Assembly: GCA_030141605.1 (NCBI GenBank)
Contig: JAQGDQ010000002.1
Coordinates: 1,364,001-1,428,000, forward strand
Reading direction: 5' to 3'
Origin: Tubiluchus corallicola
Taxonomy: Eukaryota > Animalia > Priapulida
DNA length: 64,000 nucleotides
Under the pieces are notes generated by a model. That model was not told the DNA's origin. It saw nothing but the letters and a program-made list of their open reading frames with translations, and searched no databases. This document shows, piece after piece, positions 1-13,700 of this stretch. The translations under genes and the position numbers were made by a program. How positions within the stretch are numbered: position 1 is the stretch's first letter; each line of letters starts with the position of its first letter.

Positions 1-264
1 TAATGTATGAGATATCTGCATGCATCTATATAACACGATGTGCTACTGCGTGGCACACATGCTCTTTCCATTATCTTTTCAATAATATATAATTGAATGT
101 ATGTATGACATTGTATGTGTATTTGTAGTCTGGAGATCAGTTTAGTAAAAACTGGGTAAATATTTTTTAGACTAACTTGTACAAAAGTAAGTGTGTAACT
201 GCTTCTGAATATTAATTCACCAAGGGTTAGCTAAGAACTCAATTTATCTAGTAAACATACTTAC

Positions 265-3200
265 ATTTTCTATAAAACCATTTGGATGATTCAGAGCATT
301 ATAGATGTGACCATTTGACAAAGATGTTGCAGACAATGCATTATGCGGCTCATTGAAATCACTTTCAAATCGATTTCTCTTAGGTGATTCATTCGCACCT
401 AGAGACGAAATTTAAAATTGAAGTATGCACACAAGAACATTGTCCTTAAGGGCAACTCTACTTAAATTTAACAGGTAGCTCAGGTATGATACTTCTGCAC
501 AGTTCTAATCAATTATGAAATTTATTTTGTGAATATTTAGAACAGTTAATGTCTGGGTTAAAGCAAATACCATCCAAATCAGATATGCTCGCATGTTTAA
601 AATCACAACCGCCATTGATTGATAATGAATCCACTGAATGAAGAAGAGTTACAAGATCTGTCGCCTGAAGTTCATCTGCTAAATCTTTTGCAGTCTTGCC
701 AGCAAATTTTCTATATGAAATAAAAATAAATATCGCATATAATTCTATGATTCAGCACTTTCATTTAATGGACAGACATAGCACATTAGATTTTATTTAC
801 TCATAATCTAATTTTCTCAGATAGGAGAATCTATTTTTAAATAAGTTTCTGTACCCTGAATGAGCAGCTAAGTTCGCATCTGCACCATGGCGCAAAAGTT
901 CCGCAACAATAGAACTCACTCCCCGGAGTACCGCATCATGAAGTGGAGTAGCTCCTTCCGAATTAGTAGCATTCACATGAGCATTGCGGGCTAAAAAAAG
1001 CAGTCTTAGCATGGGTGACTGTTACAATAAAAAAAATTCAGGGTCACTTAAAGTGTAGGAAATTCAGGTTTTTCTTTACTACAGAAGTCAACAGACATAC
1101 AACAACTAATACTCACAGTGTTTTTATACAGCCTTATCAATTTGCAAGACTTAATCAAATGAAACTTTTATTAAAAGTAAATAATGAAAATGTGAATTTG
1201 TGTCCTTAAGTAACACTCAGACTAAGCTAACCTGAATAGTTTTAATGCTTAATAGAGACCAATAGATAGCTAGTCACAGAATAGTTCAAATTAGGCAGCT
1301 AATCATAGTAATACACACATGCTAAACAGATATTCACCATATTCAGTAAACCAAATGTAGCACTTAATTTACAAGTTTATTTATTTGTCATGAAGTCGTC
1401 ATTGCGAAAGTAAATGTCTAGTGATATAGAGTACAAAATGTTGTGAAATGTGAAGAACATTCGTACAAAAACTTACTACAAAGACACTCTATAATGTCTC
1501 TATCTCCAAAACTTGCTGCCCAATGGAGAGGTGTGTTCCTCTTTTGTTTACAGTCACTCAAGTTGACATTAACACCAGCAGCAAGTAGTTGACAAACTTT
1601 GCCTTCACTGAAAAAAACAGTAATAAACAAACTCTAAAAAACTTATAACTCTTATATTTGCCATTTTCACAATTTTTTTAAGCCAGCACATACCGGCCTT
1701 CCTAGACTCAAGGCTCATTCATATGAACACTCACTTGCACTGTGCAGTTGCTTGGAGAAGCTCTTCATTGAAGACTTGCCTGACTTTCTCCGTAGCTGCT
1801 AGATCAAATGCTGTCTGTCCATCCTGGTTGTGAATGCCTGGATCAGCACCAGCAGCCAACAAAATTCTTACTGCATCTGGTTTGCCCAACTATTTGAAAA
1901 AATTGAGGAAATCAAACCAAGCACAGAAAAATTGATATTGAGGATGTAGATGTGAAAATAACATGCAACAATACTAAACCACAGCAGTTTAGTTAACAAA
2001 CTGGAGTACAAGACAAGAGCATTAGGTTTTTGCTAATTAAAAAAATTACTGGTGAGTGCATTATTACAGAATATTACACTACAACAAAACTAATGCCTGC
2101 CTTCCACAACAAAAAAACCAGTGTTTTGAGGTCACACTAACTTGACTCTGCCTGACTAGGTCAACATGTAAAGGCTAACAGGTAAGTTGGTTTTACATCT
2201 AAAAAACAGGAACACAGTGCCATTTAAAGTATTGCTTTTATTAGTTAAATAATAAAAAATTGTCATCTAACTTCATTTTTGGCTTACCTAGAAAGTCAGA
2301 AGACAATGAAGTTCTGTAAGCATTATGAATATAATTTATGTTTTATTTTGCATTACTTGACAAAAAGAGGGCATCGCAAATTGAGTGTAAAACAAATTGA
2401 TCACTGCATCAAAATCTGTACAAGTCACACAAGTGACAGGCGTTACTTTTATTAAAATTTCTTTATAAAAAAAGGAGCTTGCCTTAAAGCGAGGACCATT
2501 ACAAATCCGATTCATAAGAACTTCTAAAAGCTTTTTCACTGCTGGACAGTCCTTAATAAATTATATTTTATAAAATTTTTAACACAAGGTATTCTTATTC
2601 AAGTTAATTGTGACAAATTTTTTACCTACAAAATGCTTTCAAGAATTGTGTAAAACTACAATATAACATTATAAACATTAATAAAAAAGCTTTGTGGTGG
2701 GGGCCAATAATTCATTACTGTATTGAAACATTTGATTTCAGGCAAAAATTTTTATTGAAAATAATGTCACACAGTAGTTAGATCCTACCAGCTTTGATCC
2801 AGATTACAATTTAACCATAAAATTAAATTTTTAGTAACATCTAATGTCAGAAAATTCTCAGAAATAATTTAAATTCAAAACAAATCCACATCAAAAATAC
2901 AAACCGAAGATGCTAAATGTAGAAGAGTTCCATTTCCTGTGCACAAATCACTCAAAAGACGTTTTAGTGTAACAGCACCTGCTTCAACTATGTCACCTAG
3001 AAAATGCTATTTCACTGCTACAGTCAGAAAGCACAGATTATGTTGTGCAATGCAATAATTTGATTATTTATTTCAAGTACCGTGCCTTCTACTTTATTTA
3101 AAAGCCAGTTAACTTTAGCTTTACCTGAACACACTCAGCTAAAAAAAATTTATGTTTATAGAAGAATAAATGTAATGAAACCATAAATAAAACATACTAG

Positions 3201-3526
3201 GCCGTAATGATTGTGGCCTAGGATTTAGGATTATGTGCTTAATATTGTGAGTGATGTGCCCCATATTTGGATCTTCAGAAAACCTTACAAATTGCCCTGC
3301 CTGGCAAGCAGATCCACCCACCCATAGGAAAACTAAATTTAGATTTACATTTGGTATGGCAGAATGCCCATTCCAGTAATTTTCAGATTTGCGCAGTAAG
3401 TAGTAGAGAGTATCCTATTTCTGGGCCTGAAAAACCCTAAAATGGGTAGTTCTGGCAATTGGTCATCTGTACAAAAAAAACAATATCAGATTTGCTTTCA
3501 GAAATATAAAGTGTATTTTATGTTTC

Positions 3527-3568
<42 letters not shown>

Positions 3569-4686
3569 CATATATAGTCAATAATGATCCCGTTTGATGA
3601 TCCCATAAATAATGATAACGTTTCCATGATTTGGACGTATTCCAAAATGCCCTTAATGGCCTAGAAAAAATGGGCACCCACCTTTCAACAAAAAAATAAA
3701 TTCTAGCACATAAATCCCAAAGAAGCCAAAAATCTGATGTAAGGAACTATACTAATAAATACTAAATAATTATAATTTATTATTCTTAGTTGTGACTCTT
3801 CTTTTAAATCAGTGGTGTGCAAATTGCGGCCTGCGGGCCACTTGTGGCCCGCCGAGAGAATTTGTGCGGCCCGCGAAGAGATTTGTCAACCTAATGAAAG
3901 TGCGGCCCAGGCGATTAATTGAGTGCATCCAGCTGAAGTCCGTGCTACGATTCCAAAGATAGTGCGTGTAGTTTTTTCTACTAAATCGGATGCCATTAAC
4001 CCTTACAAGACGGTTGTAGCTTAATAACACTGTACTACACAGACTGTGTGATACACATTACTAATATGCATTGTAATGAAATTACCACTATCTGTCGTGA
4101 AAGTAGAAATATATGGTTTGTAATATAAATTTTAATAACTTCTAAAATAGTTTCTTGAGTGTAGTAGTAATGATGTACGCAGGTCGGATGCAAAAAAATC
4201 GTTATTAGGCCTTTCTGTACTTGGCTCCTTGATCAAACATTCTGTGGCCCACAGGAATTGTGGGAAAGTTTAATGTGGCCCGGCTAGTCAGACAATTTGC
4301 ACACCCCTGTTTTAAATAAATGTGTACTAACCAGTAAAGGGATTTAACTATTTCAATATCAGAGCTATTGCATAAAAATATAAATTGTTCATCTATTGTC
4401 AGGTTTACAAAATGAAGACATATATTAGTTTGAAACTCCAATGCTGCTATGTTTAATACAGTAGCCCTCATTTACCTTAATATTTACTATAACATTTACC
4501 ATGCTCATATTCCTATCAATGACGAGAACTACTCATTTCTGCTGAAATCAACGAAAATGAATAAGACCTAGGCTTATGTCAATAAATAAACTTACATGTT
4601 TCACAAGCAGACAATATTGATCTTACAATATCAGTTCTGTCTGATTCCAAAGCAGCAATTAGACTTTCTTGAGCTTCTTTCAACAT
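265..4686 (-). CDS. Ankyrin-repeat protein, 5' part (7 coding exons, ~293 aa in window; continues past left edge)
   Basis: Phase-compatible GT-AG exons: 4686-4596 (MLKEAQESLIAALESDRTDIVRSILSACET), 2996-2905 (..GTLLHLASS), 1889-1735 (LGKPDAVRILLAAGADPGIHNQDGQTAFDLA..), 1607-1477 (..NTPLHWAASFG..), 990-855 (..GATPLHDAVLRG..LLRHGADAN), 710-571, 398-265. Several TPLH-type ankyrin motifs. The last exon ends in a gtaagt donor. Confidence 0.85.
3529..3563. repeat. (TA)n microsatellite
   Basis: Pure TA run. Confidence 0.95.
3810..4309. mobile_element. Non-autonomous hAT (Charlie-like) MITE, 500 bp
   Basis: TIRs CAGTGGTGTGCAAATTG / CAATTTGCACACCCCTG; perfect 8-bp TSD TTTTAAAT (3802-3809, 4310-4317); subterminal GCGGCCC repeats. 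Confidence 0.9.
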
Positions 4687-6333
4687 TTAAGCAACACGTG
4701 TTGACATATGATCTTTCAAACGAAGTGAGGGAAAATGAAATCAACTAAAAGAAATTTTATCACACAATTAAAATAACACTATAACAAAAATGTTTTTCTG
4801 GGTAAATATGCCATTTATTACAATAGTTTACCCAATCTAAATAAATACTTTTATAACTAACAATATTCTTATTGAGGAGCGTGGCATTTAGGTCATTATA
4901 GCTAGAATTTTGGCTTATTAATACCAATAATATTAATCAAAATCATAAATTTGGGTTACGCCAGATACTGAAAGTAGCTGTTAGTTGTCTCTTAGTTATC
5001 AGCATATCAAATAAATATCAGCACATCAGATAAATTTGAGCATAACTGGGAGAGGTTAATTTTTGTCGCTGCAGCAGGACTGGCAAAGGAATGCTTTGTT
5101 TTCACTTCAACTGATGCAAATCCCTTACAGCAGCTACTATTTTTAACAACCCATTTAACTCAATATTAATAACCATTAAATAATAAAGCAAATTATTTAA
5201 CTTGCAGGCTTAACAGCGTACATAACTTAGCTAGAGCTCTCAGTGAATGGAAGTAGACAGCAATGCCACAGTATGGATCTAAAATTGTTGGCACATTTGC
5301 AGTTTAAGTAATTTTCAGCAGATTCATCACATAAAATTTATTAAACGCACACTAAAAATAATGGGAACCTTGCAAACTACCTAGCTATAAATTATCAACA
5401 TTTATTTTTTATAAAGGCAATATTACTTGGGAGAAACAATTCCAAATAAAACATTACTGATAAGTAATTACAGTCAAAAGGCTTAATATACTAACTTGGT
5501 CCTAATCTGTAGATAAATTGGAAAGTTGAAATAATGGGAGAGTCAAAGCTTTACACATCTAAATTTTGCCTACATTATGGTAATGATAATCATAATGATA
5601 TCTGCGGATGGAGATGCAGTGAAGCTGTTAACACGCAAAAGTGCAAAAGTGACAAATTAACTGATCAACTAGTACCTATAAAATCTATACTGATACCTAT
5701 GCTGATATAAAGTTGTCAAGTCGCCATGCTAGCTGAACATCCGAATTTAAAACGATGTTTTTCTAGTGATGAGGGGATCTTAAGCCGGCGCACTTGGTTG
5801 TGACAAATGATCGATCATACTCATGATCGGCCTCAATTTACAAGCAGGGCAGGTTTTTAGGTCACCGTAGCTATTACCTGAACATCTTAACTGTTTCTTA
5901 TCTATTAAGCAAATACTGTTAAACAAAATTAGAAATTAATAGAAAATTCGCATAGGCGATCATAGCCCTTTCAAACATCGAAAACTGAAAAAAATTGATG
6001 GCGGTAAATAATTGCACAGTAAAATACTGCTAATTTTGGTCTCCAGTGTAAATAAAAAGGCTACAGCAGGAACCTTACTTTGACAGCAAGGCTACTAAAC
6101 CTATGTTACTTATTAAGGCTAAGACAGTTAACCGTTTAACCATTACTTAAAGCCAAGTTTTCTACATATCCGTAGAATGTAACCTTTTCTGAGGTTAGTA
6201 CGCAGTTAGCAATGTCCCGCTTACATAAAATTGTACTATTTACAGTACAACATTTTTTCAATTAATCTAATTGCCTAAGAAGCATCTAAACGGTAAATTA
6301 CAGAAAGTTTTCACTCGTGTATGTTACGAGGAT

Positions 6334-6345
6334 GCCGCCATATTG
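6334..6345 (-). promoter_or_regulatory. YY1-like motif near probable TSS/5'UTR exon of the ankyrin gene
   Basis: GCCGCCATATTG matches the YY1 consensus GCCGCCATNTTG in a locally CpG-richer patch. A plausible minus-strand donor lies near 6301. Confidence 0.35.
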
Positions 6346-7689
6346 GACATTTTTGCTGGCACATGGTCGATTTGAACTGCATCGCACTGTTATATGCATG
6401 ATGTCATTGGGAACGGTTAAATGGTTAACCGACCGCAATTAATAATGTTTAAATGTTTAAGCCTAACCCTCTCGACCCGATTAGTTATCTATCAAGAATA
6501 ACATTTAAACTTGGGCTGTTCTGATCATTTAGCGACCTTCCTTTTGTTCATGTCTGCTACGCAACGCCTGTTTACTTTGCTCAGATCATGACCTTATTTA
6601 ACATTCGGACTGACTGCCCGATAAGTACTTCTACAACTATAGCTCATTATTTTAATGTTTGGTCATATGCACAGTGCACGTACTGCAGATGGTCCAGTAA
6701 AGTAACACCGCTGAACACTATTGTGCATGTACAGTTGTTTACTATGGATACGGGTGAGAAAAGATCAGGCTTCATTGTCAGCTCAGTAAGCAGGAGCTTC
6801 AAACAAATTAACAGCAATATGGCCATTATTTTAATTCTGTAAATACAGAAAAACTATAACAGTGCAGTGCAAATGTGTGCAGGGAAAAAGCTGTTATGTA
6901 CATCTAAAAATTCTTAAGAGTCTGTGAATTTTGCTAGAAAATGGTAAACTGAATTAGCTTAATGACAAACTTAGGTGCACTGTAGAAGCAATGATCTGAT
7001 TTCATTAAAATGTCAACAGCCCAAACACATGCATACTTTTCACTAAAGCGTCACTCAAACTAACACGCAAAGGTAATAGTAATCACTAAGGGATTACCCT
7101 TGCCAATTTAAGTAATCAGTAATGAGTAATTTGGTACCATTGTTTTTCCGAAGCAATTAGTAACCACGATAGATTACTTTTCAAAAGTCCGGGACCAACC
7201 ATTGCTCACTTTGTACTTCTTGCCATTATACAGTGGTACTTTACTACATGTACGATGCAATGTATCGAGAGACAGCACATGGTAAGGTAGCAGGTAATGA
7301 GGCGGCATATGCGACGCATGGCAAAGAAAGTACATGGGAATGTCTCGAGCAAGGGAGAACGTCCCACAGGATGTATAACAATTTTTCTTAATATACCATT
7401 AAAAATTGTAACAATACCCTCAAAATAGCTACAACGCTCAGTCAATTAAAGTGCACACAAATACATATGCCTTCTGGATCATTTGCTACACCCTTAAAGC
7501 AATAAAAGAGAAAGAGTATTATTATTCCACCTATTTAAAACTAAGCAACCACAACATTCTTCAAGGTCTCATTCCATTTATTGTAGACATTGAGGCATTA
7601 ACATTTAATAAAGTATTCTAACCACTCCTATCTGCAGCTAATTAACAGCGTAAATTCTTCTACTCCTAAAGAAAGATTTCGTTGAAGTA

Positions 7690-8060
7690 GCTGAACAGCT
7701 TATTTGTCTTAGCTATCCAAGTTGTTTTTGGTTTGCCGGGTAGTTTTTTGCAAGGTTTTAAGGCTTCCTTTAAAATCGATTCTTACTGGTACTTCACTTG
7801 GTAAGCTTAGGTGTTCTAAACACCTTAATCTTCGGATCCTGACTTTTGAACTCCAAGGAATTTGCTTCTAGTGTATAGATTATCATTTTTGATTATATAT
7901 GGCCATCTTATCTTTAGAACTTTCCTTACACGACTTCTACGAAATGCATCAAATAACCACAACACGTCAACAAACTGTTTGCACTTTGCAAAGTTTGCAG
8001 CATTTCCTGACAGAAATCTTATACACCTGCCGACCAGGAAAATTAATTCGTTAGTTTTTA
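7690..8060 (-). mobile_element. Decayed RTE-clade LINE fragment
   Basis: Translation ..FDAFRRSRVRKVLKIRWPYII.. resembles the post-RT region of RTE elements and the adjacent plus-strand copy. Confidence 0.55.
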
Positions 8061-8229
8061 GTGTGTGCACCGATTACGACTTCAACTTAAATAAAGGCAC
8101 CGTACCTAGCCAATGCGTCCAAAACGAAGATGTCTCACCTACAGAAGTCTCACCTACCAGATCGTAATTACGATGCCACCTCGAATAGAAAATCTCCCTT
8201 TCCATATGGTTGATCATGCACCACATTTC

Positions 8230-9016
8230 TACAAACAATTCCTAATAGACCAACAATATGCCGACGACATTGGGTGGATAAGCATTCCAAATTCTGCACA
8301 GATACTGTTAAAAAAGAATGCCCAAAATTACTAGAAATAAAGACATTTCAAAGTTGACAACACGAAAACTGAAGAATATACCATTACCACGGGATGGAGA
8401 TCAACCTGAAAACGTTGCATATACTTGGTATCACTACTTTACACGGAAGATGATATCAAAAATGGAAACAACGGGCAATGTACGGTTCTTTCCAAAACAT
8501 ACCAATTCTAAGCAGCAAGAAACTATCCTTAAAACAACGCCCTGACTCTTTATATGCATACGTAACTAGTATCTTTATGTACAACAGCGAAATATGGGGC
8601 TGCAATGCAGCAAACAGAAATAAAATTGATGTGTTTCACAGAGGCCTACTCAGAAAAATCTTAAAAAATAAAATGGCGATATATCTTTTCAAATGAGCCA
8701 TATAACAGAACCAAAGAAGAACAAGACAGATATGACGTCAAATGAGATTGTCAGAAACAATATCAGTAAGATAGGTGATAAACGAAGCACTGAAACGTGC
8801 TAAGCGACCTTCAGGCAAACCAAAAAACAACCTGCATATCAAAAATTAATAAAGACTTACAATAGCTAAAATAAAACTTGACAACAGCATCACATGCAGG
8901 AATAGAAAATTTTAGCTGCAGACAGGAAACAGTGAAGTGCTCTAGCAAAGTATACAGGCTCTATGTCTACAATAGATATTTAGAGCAACAGGAGAAGAAG
9001 AAGAAGAAGAAGAAGA
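8230..9016 (+). mobile_element. Decayed RTE-clade LINE 3' end with (GAA)n tail
   Basis: RT catalytic QYADD at 8254-8268; YAYVTSIFMYNSEIW..IDVFHRGLLRKIL; frameshifts; GAA-repeat tail at ~8992-9016. Confidence 0.75.
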
Positions 9017-9139
9017 AAGAATCTTGAAATTTTTGAATCTCGAAATTCTTGAAACTGGAACTTACTCAGCCGTACTGTGCAATCAATAGTTGCAACAATT
9101 AGTTGTAACAGTCATTTTCTAGTATTTCAATTCATTCTA

Positions 9140-9367
<228 letters not shown>

Positions 9368-10499
9368 GTACTTACAACAGCAATAAAGAAGAAGAAAAAT
9401 TAATTCAGTGTAAGGAAAATGAAATTAGATATCTAAAATAGAATTGTAATTCTACAACAGGGTAAAAATCAAACTGCATTATCTAATGACATTTTTAACA
9501 ATATAAATCCAAAGCACACATTGAACTTTTAAGCCTTATTACTACGCAAATACTAAATATGACTAATTTATTAATGACACAGACCAACCTCGATATTGCA
9601 CAAATGGAGATGAGTATTAATATTAAGACAAGGTCTTATCTTGAAACTCACGATAATATTCTTCATAAAAAAGCTTAAAAATTCATCCTGGAATTCTGTA
9701 ACACTTACATGTTGTCCAATTTTTATTGCATACAGAGCTTGTGCTGACAGTAACACTGTACAAAGTTTTCCTCCTGGAGTTACCATTAGATGCACTCATT
9801 ATAACAGTAAGTCATTTGAAGCAAGCTTAAATAACAACCCATAGAGTTTCAGACCATTCTATAGTACACCTTTGTTGCTAAAACATAAATTATTTCATAA
9901 TGTTAATAAGATCAATAATGTGTTGTTTTTTGGTGACCCTGTAGTGCACATTGGGATGCTATATGACCAGCATTACATAGGAATAAAGATAAACCTGATA
10001 AATGATAATCTGGCTTATTGAATGTCACGCCTCTTAAAATACTCATTAATTGTGGTACACAATGCACTTTTGACATACCAATAATTATAATGTTACTTAT
10101 CTTACGTAAAAGGTTGAATTCTGAGTAGACTAAGTATTTGAAAAGAATCAGCACTTCTATAGTCATTGGCAGGTTATTCGACAGTTGCTGCTGCAAAAAA
10201 AGCAATGTCACCAGAAGAAAGTCAACTGGCATACGTTGATGAAAGGCAAATTGTCAGATGCCGTCAAACTGTGGTTACTTTTTAGAAGAACAGTAAGAAA
10301 ACATATAACGAATAATGCAGAGTTTACAGAAGTAGTATCAAAAATAGTTTCACATTCAACATTGATCCGCTGATAATGCATAGCTGAATAATCAGCTAAG
10401 TTATGTATACAACGTAAATAGGGCTCTTTGTTTTCCTGATGATAAAATACAAAATCAATAACTATGGCTACATAATTTCAGTAATAGTCAATTGCCGTG

Positions 10500-10692
10500 T
10501 CTACGTAGTGTCTAGTGCCTACGTGGCTGTGCCCTTTAATCAATAATCAGTGACCTTAATTTGGGTCTGTCGCAATTGATAAACAAATAAATTTAAAAAA
10601 AATCGAATTTTATAAAACTTTTTTGTTTGCGGGGTTTGTTTCGTCTCTGACGTTGTTTTAACAGTCCACGTGCGTACATGTGTCCACGTGTT
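10500..10692 (+). promoter_or_regulatory. Putative PRDX4 proximal promoter with ACGT-core cluster
   Basis: GTCCACGTG twice (10664-10672, 10682-10690), TGACGT (10648), TACGTGG (~10520) and TACGTA (~10502), all within 265 bp of the ATG. Confidence 0.4.
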
Positions 10693-10762
10693 CCAGATCG
10701 TTATCAAAAGAGTTTTTCACTCCGAATAAATATTTTGGAATCTTCTTATCAAACTTGTAATA

Positions 10763-13700
10763 ATGTATAAAATTGTGGTACTGTTAATTAGCTTAACAGC
10801 ATGTTTTTTCCTAGAATTAAATGCTGATGAAGGAGCATGTCACCAGTTCGCTGGAGGCCATGTGTACCCTCAGGTAAATCCTCATTGGTATTGCTATTGG
10901 ATGTGAAAGTTTTGATTATAAAGTTATAACGATTATTTGGACACTCTCCGCAGTTCACAATGTTTGCAATAGAATAACATTCCAAAATCCCAACATCATC
11001 ACAATCACTCATTCAGTAGGTAATAAGTTCATTTCTTCTATTGCCTGGAAATGTTCTTACCACTGTAATATGTTGCCAACTTCTATAGATTGCCACAGAA
11101 TATTATGATTGGTATGTTGTTTATCCAGAAAAGGCGCAACTATTGAATAGTTAATTTGTCAGTGTAATTTCAAAAGAAAACTGTGAAGAAATGCCAAATG
11201 TAATGCCTCGATACACACCAATACCAGAAGTAGAAGATATACTAGAGATAGAGGAGAAAGAAGTATTAGACGAACTTAAAACACTGAATGTAAACAAACC
11301 GCCTGGTGACGATGGCATGTATGTACCTAAGGTTTTTAAAAGAAGTAAGCTCAGAACTAGTTAAACCACTCTCATTTGTTTTTCGACAAGTTACTAGACA
11401 AAGGGAAGGTACCTGAAGATTGGAAGTTGAGCCAAGTTTCACCGGTCTATAAGAAAGAAAGTAAAAATAATAAGAGCAACCACAGACCAGTAAGCCTAAT
11501 GTGAGTACCTTGTAAAACACTAGAGAAAATTATCCAGAAATAATCACAAGCACATAAAAGACAAGGTATCAAGAACACAACATATATTTATGTAAGGCAG
11601 GTCTTGTATTACTCAACTCTTAGATGTCATCGATTTATGGACCGAAATAATCGATCATGGAACTTGACTTGAGACAATCTATTTTGATATTGCAAAGGCA
11701 TTTGATTCAATCCCTCACAAAAGATTCTTACTAAAGGATACATCAATGGATAGAGTCAAAATCAATAATGCATTCTCAAGCTGAGCACCAGCATTATCAG
11801 GCATTCCATGAGGTAGCGTATGTTTAAATGATATGCCTGATATAGTAGTAAATATTATTAGACTGTTTGCAAATGATGCAAAGATATTCAGTGAAATTGA
11901 CTGTCAAGCAGATGCTGAAAATCTACAAATTAACTTGAACAATCCACAAGAATGGACAGAGGTTTGGCAAATGAGGTTTCATTGTACAGACAAATGTGTG
12001 GTGCTATATGTAAGTCATGATAATATGCGCAATACCTATGGTATGTATAATGATGGAGGATTGATTGGCGTAAACAAAATAGAGAGTGAAAAAGATTTAG
12101 GAGTCATCGTAGATAGTAAACTGAAGTTTGATGAGCACGCTGACATAATTGCCAATAAGGGAAACAAAATAGTCGGAGTAATGAAAGGTTCGTTTGATTA
12201 ACATGGACACCAACATGTTTTTGCACTTATATACCACATTAGTTAGACCAACTTTGGAATATGGTAATATAGTAACGTCACCATTTTATAGGAAGGACAT
12301 CAATTTATTAGAAAATGTATAGCGCAGAGCAACAAAGATGATGTACAGCATATCAAGTCTGGAGTATGAAGATTGATTGTTGACACTGAAACTGCTTTGT
12401 TTAACATACCGTAGGTTTAGAAGTGATATGACAGAAATATACAAGATCACACATGGCTGCTACGACAAACCAATAAAATTGGAACAAAATGAAAAGGGAA
12501 GTAATAAGGGTTATGCGTATAAAACTGGAAGTACAATATAGCAGACTCGACACGAAAACAATTTTTCACAGTAAGAACGCCAGAATTATGAAAAGTTACC
12601 AGAACAGGTGGTTGAGCCACTATCTTTGAATACCTTCAAGAACTGTTTAGATAAACATTTTGGAGTACCGAAAAACACACTTAAAGACCCTAAGGAATAC
12701 CTTTTCAGACAGCCAAAGCTTTTTGCTGAAACCGCGAACAAGTCGATGTTCAAAGAGATATGTTTTTATTTATGTGAAAAGTTAAGCGCTGTTAAGATCC
12801 TCAATAGGCAATATCTTGAAAAAGGACAACGACTGGTAACTGGTAATGTTAAATGGATAAATAAATATTAAATATATTTTAATAAATAAGGTGGTCACAA
12901 TGCAGCTGTCTCAGAAATACATTGATGATGATCATGACAACATTGCCTTTTGTGTAGGCCCATTTGCTGTATGCTAGAAGTTTTGTTGATCCTCTTTAGA
13001 AATTTTAATCATTTAAATGTATGTATTGCTTATCCGTGTAAAAACTAGGCTAGATAACATAGTCTTGACATGGTAGGCGAACTAGTTTAGTAGGTAACCC
13101 ATCCTCGAATCTGTTGCTGTTTTGTGGTTTTTCTCATTCGTGATTTAATTTGCAATTTATCATGATACCTAATCTAATTCTAACAAATGCCATGGTTTGT
13201 AAGCTACATGCAGCAACTGGGCTATAGTGCTCAGTGTTTTTAAAATGATTCAGTACTCATCTGATAACTCAATAAACTTTTGGTTCTAAACGGGTTAGCT
13301 GAGGGTATTTTTGATGTTTTACATTTGTAGATGCTGAATCAGTACAATGGTGCAATGTTGTCTCTGCAATCTCTGCCTATAGGTTATGTTAAAGCTTTGT
13401 CATTTGGCACATACTCCTATGGCAAACTTTTCCACTTTCACGCAAAAATTATGTATAATTTATCTTTGCCAAGACTGTAAATCTTCAATGTCGTATGTGC
13501 TTATCTGCAGAGATATAGGAGTAAATACCTTACAGTGATGTTCAGTAGGAGTGAGCAAACACTACCAGAAACTGAATCGAATTTTTGATTTTCGAATTCG
13601 AATTGTATCAAATTTCAAAATGTTGAATCCGAAACAACCCCGAATTCAGTTTTAAAGATCTTCGAATAAATTTTGAATGACAAAAATAATAATGTAGGCA

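Noticed and set aside
3125-3138. 14-nt candidate microexon in the ankyrin gene with good splice sites
   Set aside because: It shifts the frame; exons 4596 and 2996 already join in phase.
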